Shown here: piece by piece, positions 30,625 through 38,700 of the stretch | Layout of the letters: every line of letters begins with the position of its first letter | Numbering within the stretch: the stretch's first letter is position 1 | From: Cyanophora paradoxa CCMP329 | Lineage: Eukaryota; Plantae; Glaucophyta | Assembly: GCA_004431415.1 (NCBI GenBank) | Contig: QPMI01000074.1 | Location: 1 to 38,700 of the forward strand | Length of the DNA stretch: 38,700 bases | Direction: 5' to 3' | The notes under the pieces: model-generated | Told to the model about the DNA's origin: nothing | What the model saw: the letters and a program-made list of their open reading frames with translations, nothing else | The model's database searches: none | Made by a program: the position numbers and the translations under genes

Positions 30625-33600
30625 TTACATAAGCAGCTTGCCGATCGCGGTCCAATGAATAAAAAGCTGGACAATTTGGGTGGGCGTGACCGTCATTCTG
30701 GGTTGGAATCTCACTTTAACTGTAAAGCCAGTGTGACTCACCGCCGTGACGTTGGCCCCGTAGAAATCGACATCCGTGCTGCCGCCGGGATTGATGTCGA
30801 ACGAGGGGTTACGTTAATAACCGGCGTTGGGTTTGCTGGGGTCCCCAGTCCGCCTCCAGTGTCGTACGCCTGTCCGAATGTAATGTTGAACGTCACCGTG
30901 TATGTTGAATTGATGTTAAACTCCGTGTACGCAGCGTAGGAGTGGAAGGACGTGCCGTGCGTTATGTACGCATCCATGTTCACGTTTCTGTGCCCGTGGC
31001 TGGTGAGCGAGTACTCTGTGTGACTGTGCGTAGAGGGTGGGAAGGAAGTGGGTCGGTCGATGACATTATCCCAGTACACATTGTGACTGTGTGTAGAGGG
31101 GGGGAAGGTAAGTGGCTTGCCCGTTACGTTGTCCCAATCCACGGAGATGTTCGTCAAGTCCGGGGCCGTCCAGTCGCTGATCTGAGAGATGGTGTGCTGG
31201 TGGTCTGCGTGGGGATACGTACTCGGCTTCCCCGTGATGCTATCCCACGCCCACGTTGTTGGTATCACGGGTATCGTCGGCCTCCCGCTGAGATCTGCAT
31301 ACGCCCCCGTGTGTGCCACCGTCGCCAGCTGCGGCACGGCAACGCCCACGGTGCTCACGGCCTGGCTCGCCCCCGGCGCCATGTGCCACTCGTAGTTCTG
31401 CGATGCAAACACGGGCTGGCCTGGCTCGGGCGCCCAGTACTCGATGCCTTTGGCGATCTTCTTGGTGTATGGTGCTGCAGGCCTGTCAACCAATTTATCG
31501 ACGTAGGCCTTGGGTACCAGCCAGTTTGCCTTGGGGCTCTGCGAATTGATCCCGTTGTCTATGAAGGCCCCGTAATTCCTGAAGGCCTCGGCCTCCCACC
31601 AATCCTGCATGCGGAAGGTCCCGGGAATCTCGAGGCGCGAGTTGGCGTCCGCCAGGCGGGCCACCTGCGCCCCTCCGTTCGACGAGACGCCCGAGTGACG
31701 GATGGCCGAGCCGAATTCGCGCCTTAGGGCTTCGATGTGATTGATCCTGTTGAGGCCCTCCTGGTAGACGGCAATTAAGACGCGCTTCCTCCCCTTGGTC
31801 TCCTCCTTCACCATCTGCTTTAAATCGCGCATCAGCCGACTCAGGGCGAGCGAGGTCGACCCGAATCCCTCCTGCATTTTAACGGTGAGCTGGGAGAGGA
31901 AGAGCACGGTTGCGCGATCGATTTCGAGCAGCGTCTTCTGGTCCTTGGGGGTACGGTAATCGTTGATGCTGTTGTCGAGCGCGCGAATGAAGGCCTGCAG
32001 CTCCTTCGGCTCCTTTATTTCGTTTAACCGCAGCTCCTGGGCCAAGAGCGAGGCCATTTCGCGCGCCTCCGAGGGGTCGTACACACCCAAAAATCCGGAG
32101 CCCAGCTCGCCCTCCAGCCGATTAATTCGGTTGCGCAGCTGGCTCGCCTCGTCGCCCCACGTCTCGACGCCCCAGTCGTAGATCTGCTGCGATAGCTGCG
32201 CGATGAACTGGATGGTGTCGGCCGCCCAGTCAACGGGGTACTTGAAAAAGTTCTTCACGATCTCTTCCGCGCTGCGCCCGTTGATGATGTCCACGATCAC
32301 CTGCGCGATGGCGCCCGCGAGGATGGACAGGCCAAGTCCGCCCACCGTGCCGATCCTCATTTTCGTGAGGGCGCTCAGGGCGGACGACATGCCCGTCTGC
32401 AGGCCAAAGGAGCCGACCGTCATGATCATCTGATCGCGGAACGTATCGAAGAACTCGGCCTCCCCTATCTTGCCCTGCGAGAGCGCCTGGTAGGCCGAGA
32501 GCAGGCCGCCCGCCGTCGCCAGCCCAAGGCCGGCCGCCGCCGCGCCCGCCCGCCGCATGGCCCGCGAGCCCGTACCCCCCAGCCCGGCGCCCACCAAGTC
32601 GATGCCCGCCCCCTGAAATAAATCGGCTGCCCCGAAAGACATGCCGTCGTTGTTCGCCGTACCCATCGCGGAGAAGAGGGTCTCTGCGCTGAAGGCCTCC
32701 TTGGCCACCCCGGGCCGCCTGGCCCTCGGGCGCCCCAGGAAGGCGTCGCGCTGCTCTTTGGTGGTGAATCGCTCGAGGTCGAAATCGGCAAGGGCGTCGG
32801 CGGTGGCGCGGTTCCAGTCGCCGTAGGGCATGAGGGCGTTGCGCAGAATAACGTCCGAGTCGCCCATCACGCGCCTGTCGAGCGTCTGAAATACGCCCTC
32901 GGAGGGCAGGCGAGCCGTGCCCGGGCGCATTTCCTCTACGGAAACGTCGTCCCTTTCCGCGAGGGTGATGTCGTCCGGGCTGGCCGAGCCCACGCCCGCG
33001 CCCTCGTCGGCGTAGGCCCTTCCCCTCCTTTTTAACAGTTGATTGGCCTCCCGTTTCAATGCTTGGTACTCTGTCTCTACCTTGGTCTTTCTTGCCTCTT
33101 CCTCTGCCGCCTTGCGCTCTGCGATCTTCCGCCTCTGCTCTTCTATCTCGGCGTTGCGTCTCGCCGCGTTCTCCTTGGCTTGCTGCTTCCGCTCTTCGAT
33201 CACCCTGTTTGCGTACTCCTTGTCCGCTTGGGCCTTTCTGTAGCGCTCCTCGATCTGACTCTTGGCCTCGTCTCCTCTCTTCCTTAGATCGCCCATGAAT
33301 GCCGTCGTATCTATGTGAATCTTGTATTTGGCGGGTGGGTGCTCACGTTTGAAGGCCTCCAGATCGCGCACCATGGCATCGTACTGCGCGAGCCCCTCCG
33401 CTGGAATGATGGCTCTTCGCATTTCCCAAAATTTGCTCAGCTTGCCCACGTAATCGACCATGGAGAGGTACGCGCTCTGTGCGCCCGCGCTCACCGTTTT
33501 CGGATTGGCTCGCAGCTCTGCCAAAAACTCCCCCTTTTGTATCCGGTACAGTGACCATTCGAGGGCTCCCCGCCACAGGCTCGCTTCCGTCCGCAGTTCT

Positions 33601-35729
33601 CTGTGCATCTCCTCCACGTCGCCGTATGCTATCCAGATGGCATCGCTGATGGGCCTCTGAACAGCCTGACGCTCAAAGTTTTTCCACTTCTCATCGGCCA
33701 TCTTTCTCCTCAGTTCTTCGGCGTCTTTCTGACCCCTTCCCGTCAGCTGATCCATAACGTAGCTAAAGTCGCGCATGTTCTCTTCCATGGCGCGGAGCCT
33801 GTCCCCGATGCATTTCCTTCTTTCAGTCTTTTGAGCTCCGAGCGGTAAAAATCCATCTGCGCCCCCCTGAACGTCTCCAGTCGTCGCTTACGCTCCGCTA
33901 CCTTCGGCTCCTCCAGCCGTGCAAATTCCTCGTCTGATGCAGTTTGCATTGCCTTCAGTCGTTCCTCTTCTGTCTTGGCAGCTGCCTCCTCGTCCGCCCT
34001 GCGCCGCTGCTCTAACGCGTCGAAGAGGGCCCTCTGATCCTCGAGCGTGAGGCCAATGAGCTCTTCCACCTGGTCGCTCCTACCCAGCCGCGCGAAGGGC
34101 AGCCTCTCGGCGGCCGGCCTTGGATCGGGCCTTGGCGTCGTCTGCGTCTCCATTGTGCCCCTTGGCACAGCCGTCCCTATCCTCTGCAGCTCGGCCGTCA
34201 GCGTTTTCACTTGCTGCTCTAGGTTGAATCGTATGGTGGATGCGAGCCCCTCTGCCTTCTGCCTCTCCTGTTCTCGCAGTTCGAGCTGCCTTAAATCCTC
34301 CTTTGCTTTTCTGGCTTGCTCCTCCGCTGCCTTTCGCTCATCGTCCAGCATCTTTGTGCCCTCTTCGACCTCGTTTGCTATGTTGACCTTGTTTGCTATT
34401 TCCATGTCCAGTTTCTCCAGCTCGGTCCTTGCCTGCTCCTTTGCCTCCCTTATCGCGTTTTCCACGATCCTATCGGCCTCTCTCTTCCGGATCTCGGCTT
34501 TCTCCTCGGCCTCCAGGGATTTCTCAATTCTATCGCTCGCCTCTTTCAAATCGTCCGCTATCTTTTTCTCGGCCGCTGTCCTCATTTCGTTAAATTGCCG
34601 CTCCCTTGTCTTCAGCTCCTCTGCCAGTATTCTCACCTGCTCGTCTGAGTAAACGATCGTTTTGTTATCTTTCTGCAGCTCTGCAATGTCCCTTTCGTAC
34701 GCCTTCCGATCCCTGTAGTACTTTGCACCGCCTGCAATCAGGGCCGCGCCGAAGATTCCCGTTGTTGTACCAAGGATCGGCACGAGCGTACCCCCTCCGC
34801 CGCTCTCTCCGCCCGAGCCGCCGCCACCCGAGCCGCTGCTACCCCCGCCCCCCCCACGGGCGTGCCACTGGAGCCCCCTCCGCCCCCGTGCCTGTACCCC
34901 CACCCCCGGTGCCTGTACCCCCACCCCGGTGCCTGTACCCCACCTCCCGTGCTTCCGCCGCCCGTACCCCACCCGGAATCGCGCCCGGCACCTTGGGCCC
35001 GCCGATGATGTCGTCGTACAGGTGGCGGTGCGCCCAGTCCGTGATGTCGGCCTTCACATGCGGGTGCTTGACGAGGGCGTACCTCTCGTCGTGGAAGTGG
35101 TCCTTCAGCGCCCAGTTCTGCGTCTTCGCCCAGTCTGAGCGATCGGGGAGCACGTCGGGTGCCGTTGGGATGCGGCCCCCGCCCGTCGTCTCCGGCGTCT
35201 CGCCCGTCCTGTCGGCGCTCAGGGCGCGGATGTTCACCTTGAAGTGGTCGAACCACGCGAAAAACTCCTCCCTGTCGCGCCTGTACTGCTCGGGCTCCAT
35301 GCTCGGCAGCGCCTGGCGGCTCCAGTAGATGTGGCGCAGGGGGCCCGCGATGCGCTCGAGTGCGTTGTACCCGGGCCTCACGTCCCCCTCTGCGCCCTTT
35401 AGAGTCAGTTTCACGAGGTTCAGGGTGGCGTCTTTCGCTGTAACGGAGTTTGCGATTTTCACGTCGGCCGCCCTCTTAATAATGTTCCAGTCCACGCCCG
35501 TCTCGGTCGTGACGCCCCAGAGCCCCTTGATAATTGCGGTGAGGTCACCGTAATCGTCCAAGGTACCGACGGACGTCAGGAAATCGCTGTAGGTCGCGCC
35601 CTTGCGCAGCCTTATCTCGTCCGCGTAAATTCCCCTCACGCTCAGGCTCCCGTCTATCGCGAAGGCGCCGTTCAGCACCTCGTCCGGATTCGGGATGGCC
35701 ATGCGCCAGGGGTCGTCGAGCATCGACAT
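30625..35729 (-). CDS. Giant (~1700 aa) putative virion protein: fibre-like repeats, TM segment, coiled coil, Gly/Ala hydrophobic helices and a C-terminal fibre tip (frameshifted)
   Basis: ORFs 34839-35729, 33743-34972 and 30738-33788 overlap and join by 1-bp shifts. Motifs HPHVKADITD, HQHTISQISD and WDNVTGKP.TFPPSTHSH; reframed end NVTAVSHTGFTV..IHWTAIG. Confidence 0.65.
34888..34946 (-). repeat. ~21-bp coding tandem repeat x3 (GGGTGTG linker)
   Basis: gtgcctgtacccccacccc(c)g at 34888, 34909 and 34929. Confidence 0.8.
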
Positions 35730-35754
35730 TTTATCCGCGAGAGAGAAAAATTAA

Positions 35755-36230
35755 CTAATGCTCCGCGTCCCACGTCCACTTCAGCTTGCCGCTCACCTCG
35801 CCCGTTGTCCAACGGCCCACGGGCACCTGCCAGAAAACGTCGGCGTAGGGGTAATCGGGCCTGATAGTGATCTGCTCGTCACGCAGCCAGCGGTAGGCCT
35901 CGGAGGCGTCGCGTATTTTCGGCTCCCAGTATTCCCGCCCGTGCCGTTCGGCAGCGAGTACCCCTCCCTTGCTACCCGTACCCTGTAAACGTGCTCGCCC
36001 GTTAGCGTGTCTACCCCCCTGTACTCGAATTCTACGATTAAGGCCAAGTCCTGCCATGCGCTCTCGCCGAGACGGATGTGACTGAGGCTGTGCAGCAGCC
36101 CGTATTTAATTGGACCAGAGGCGGTTACAAGATCGACTCTGTAAGTGAGGGGCGAGGGGTAGCCAGGCACGCCCGTAAAGGTGCGCGTCTTGACGCCCGA
36201 GCCCTTTCGCGGGAATATGATCAGGCGCAT
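35755..36230 (-). CDS. Hypothetical protein, ~158 aa (one frameshift)
   Basis: ORF 35793-36230 N-terminus joins the 35755-36057 C-terminus (REYWEPKIRD..WTWDAEH). Confidence 0.55.
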
Positions 36231-36250
36231 TTAAGGGGGCCTGCGAAAAT

Positions 36251-36700
36251 CTATTTCGCAAAGGCCCAGAGGCCGAAGTTCTTGACGATGAAGGCGTTGT
36301 TCTTCTTGGTGGCGCCCGTGATGTCGGTGAAGCGCACGCGCAGCTCCTGGAACTTGTCGTACGCGACGTAGTTCGGGCGCACGGCCATGGGCACCTCGAA
36401 CCAGTAGAGGATGGTGTTCTCGAGGCCGTCGTGGCCCCACGTCGGGATCACGACCTTGTTGATGCACGTGTTGACGTTCGAGATGGTCGTGACGTTCAAG
36501 TCGGGCACGTCCATCAGAAGAACGTTGACGGTTTTCGCGGCGGTGGGGTCCGGAATCGCGGTCGTGTCCAGCTCCAGGTAGACGCCCTTGATCTGCAGCG
36601 TGTCGATGTCGGCGGGGATCTGGTTCAGCCTGAGGCGCCAGAAGCCCTCGGAATCCTGCGTCTCTCCGTTCGACTGGACGTAGAGGTTGACGCAGGACAT
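36251..36700 (-). CDS. Minimal penton-like (single jelly roll) minor capsid protein
   Basis: LYVQSN..WRLRL..IDTLQIKGVYL..LLMDVPDL..FQELRVRFTDITG parallels the element A pentons (IRELTVEFKDYFG). Confidence 0.55.
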   Translation of the reverse strand: MSCVNLYVQSNGETQDSEGFWRLRLNQIPADIDTLQIKGVYLELDTTAIPDPTAAKTVNVLLMDVPDLNVTTISNVNTCINKVVIPTWGHDGLENTILYWFEVPMAVRPNYVAYDKFQELRVRFTDITGATKKNNAFIVKNFGLWAFAK

Positions 36701-36723
36701 TATTTAGGAAGGGGCCTGAGAAA

Positions 36724-36912
36724 TTATGCCTTCCTCAGGCCGTTGAGGAGGTAGGGCCCCACGAAGTAGTAGCCCGCGAACTGCGCGGCGAGGATCCGCA
36801 CGAGGTAGTAGCGCGCGGGCGACATGTAGGCGACCGCGCCGAGGGTCAGCAGGCTGCCCAGGTAGCGGGAATCGCTGGTGATATCATCGAGGCTCGGGAG
36901 CATGGACGACAT
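36724..36912 (-). CDS. Small putative membrane protein
   Basis: 62 aa with two hydrophobic segments; good GC3 codon bias. Confidence 0.55.
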   Translation of the reverse strand: MSSMLPSLDDITSDSRYLGSLLTLGAVAYMSPARYYLVRILAAQFAGYYFVGPYLLNGLRKA

Positions 36913-36934
36913 TGTTAAGGGCCCATTCAGAAAT

Positions 36935-37284
36935 TTACTTGGGCATGAAGAAATTCCTGACGCGCTCTCCCTCCTCGTGCAGCGCCCACTGCAGCCGGTC
37001 GATGACGGCGGCCATCACGGCGGGCTCGCGGCGGGGTTCTTCGCGTACGCCCGGGCGTCCTCTGCCATCTGGGGGTGGTACTGCTCGACGCGCTTGGCGT
37101 AGCTCGCGATGGCGCGGCGGGTGCACCGATCCAGGTCAGCCGCCATTTCCGCCGGTGCCTTCGGCTGCTGCTGCTTCTTTCGCGCGTAAGTCCTAAGAAG
37201 CCAAGGGTAGGCCGCGGTGCTGCTGCTGGAGTTGCTGGGCGCTGGAGCCTCTGCGCTGGGGGCTGGTGTCGCGGGAGTCTCCAT
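36935..37284 (-). CDS. Hypothetical protein, ~116 aa (one frameshift)
   Basis: METPATPA.. joins ..AVMAAVIDRLQWALHEEGERVRNFFMPK. Confidence 0.5.
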
Positions 37285-37350
37285 TTCCCATGTTCTCTAG
37301 AAAAAAACGGGTACCGGTTTGCGTCATCTGAATGTCGACGTGGTGCGGCC

Positions 37351-37562
37351 CTATGTTCTGCGTGCTCTCGCGCCTCTGCTGCTCCGGTGGGGTTCGGGCT
37401 CGGGCTGTCCGCGGCGGACGACCCTAAGGGCCGCCGCCTTCAGGGCGCCCAGCACTGTGTTGGGGCCGACGCGCTCCGTGCCGCCCAGCAGCTCCGAGAC
37501 CAGGAAGAGCGCGCCGCAGACGACGGTGATGATGTCCGAGTGGGTGCATTCCCCTGGAACAT
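37351..37562 (-). CDS. Small membrane protein (frameshifted; end uncertain)
   Basis: Restoring one G in the GGGG run gives MFQGECTHSDIITVVCGALFLVSELLGGTERVGPNTVLGAL. Confidence 0.45.
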
Positions 37563-37584
37563 TTTCGCGGGCCCGTCAGATTTA

Positions 37585-38624
37585 TTATCCGCTACCCTTC
37601 CCCTTCCGCGCCCCTTGCCTTTGCCGCGCCCTCGGCCCCTGGCCTCAGGTCGCCGATTTCCGCGGCCTGCGGCGCGAAGCGGGGATCGTCCGCCTGGCCG
37701 GCGTCCGCCTGGAAAATCGTGAAGAGGTACCCGTCCGTGTTGTTGTCGGTGTTGTTCGTGTTTCGCGCGTGCGACCACTCTTTCAGTAAAATCGCGCCTC
37801 TGCTTGTCGGCAGCGTCTTTGAGAGGTACTCCTGCAGCTTGCTCGCGTAATTTTCCTCTGGGATCAGCGACGCAAGGACGGTGGGCGGATCTTTCCCATG
37901 CCTATCTTCTCTTCCGTCAGCATGCGCTCGAGCTCTGCGATTTCCACCATCGTATCGATGCTCGGTTGAGGCCCTGCCTCTGCCCTCTTCTGGTCTACGA
38001 GGCGCTGCCCGCCGCCGTGAATTTCGCGGACAGAATTTTGGTGCAGCCGCTCGTACACCGTCGTGGTGCTCGGCTCCTTCTCCTTCAGCAGCACCACCCA
38101 GTCGTAATTCGCCACAGCACCTGCAAATTCGATATGTGATCGATCGTCACCAGCACGTGGGCGTGCAGCGCGCCGTCCGTCGGCCCCACCTCCACGCCCC
38201 TTGCACGCGAATTCCGATGATTGCGTTGGCGTACGTGTCGTCCTTGTATTGCCGTTCTCTTCCTTCATATTGAAGCGTATGAACTTGTAGAATTCTGCAT
38301 CCGAGAGCACCTCTGCGAGGCTGTCGCGCAGCGCCGCCGCCTCGAATTCTCGCGCCTCTCCCAGGCGCTTGTGGTGTTGAAGAGCACCCAGTAGCGCGAC
38401 TGGCGCGCCTGTCGTATGTCGTACCGCGTGCTTCCGTCGGGATTCTTTTTGTTGAGGATGAAGACCGACCGCCCCGTCTCGCTGATTTCCGTGATCACCT
38501 TCTCGAGCGCCTCCAGCCCGTTTGCCTGCGCCGCCTGCAGTCCCGTTTTCGCCTTCTCTATGTTCTGCTTTACCTCTTGCGCGTCCGCGAAGGTTGCCAT
38601 TAAATCTTCCATGCTCGGCGCCAC
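37585..38624 (-). CDS. HUH-superfamily (Rep-like) endonuclease, split by several 1-bp frameshifts
   Basis: Reframed: motif I-like YWVLFNT(N) (~38373-38393), motif II GVEVGPTDGALHAHVLVTIDH (~38136-38199), motif III LQEYLSKT (37814-37837). Confidence 0.68.
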
Positions 38625-38700
38625 GATTTTCGCCTTTCTGATTTCGACTGCGCAGAGTTGGGCTCGATGACGGACGATCCGAAGTCAGCGGCCGTATCCT

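Larger units (their letters stand above)
22300..38700. mobile_element. GC-rich virus-like element B (PLV-like?), continuing past the right edge of the window
   Basis: Dense intron-less genes, most with (A)AAATG starts; penton-like, fibre, S74, HNH and HUH genes. No MCP or ATPase in the window; left boundary approximate. Confidence 0.6.

Noticed and set aside
30942-35553. Plus-strand ORFs antisense to the giant gene (30942, 34047, 34606 and others)
   Set aside because: Shadow ORFs of a GC3-biased coding strand.
27389-36700. Bacterial prophage tail operon
   Set aside because: No consistent Shine-Dalgarno sites, starts have an A-rich eukaryotic-virus-like context, and there is no terminase, portal, tube or baseplate gene. 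A penton-like gene is present. Not fully excluded without a search.

Overview
This window looks like a eukaryotic (probably protist) locus packed with mobile DNA, in three compositionally distinct blocks. (1) 1 to ~17628 is an AT-rich, strongly CpG-depleted Polinton/Maverick-like endogenous virus whose left end lies outside the window. It encodes a patatin-discoidin fusion, two divergent penton-like genes, a major capsid protein, an A32-like packaging ATPase, a PrimPol-D5 primase-helicase, two RING proteins, a protein-primed PolB (vOTU and EndoVII domains, eroded proofreading domain) and an rve D,D(35)E integrase. These are followed by a repeat-rich non-coding end with a 31-bp array, a hairpin and a 28-bp inverted repeat. 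(2) ~17629-22300 is a GC-rich spacer with a gag-only retroelement relic, two tRNA-like 3' halves and an LRR fragment. (3) ~22300 to >38700 is a GC-rich, intron-less, virus-like gene block broken by many 1-bp frameshifts. Once reframed by eye it encodes three (TGGGACT)n cassettes, a degenerate HNH, a paralog pair, an FN3/Gly-rich protein, an S74-chaperone fibre, a ~1700-aa tape-measure/fibre-like chimera, a minimal penton-like protein and a hidden HUH (Rep-like) endonuclease. All family calls come from motif recognition by eye; no database searches were run. Frameshift reconstructions are inferences and may reflect long-read indel errors.
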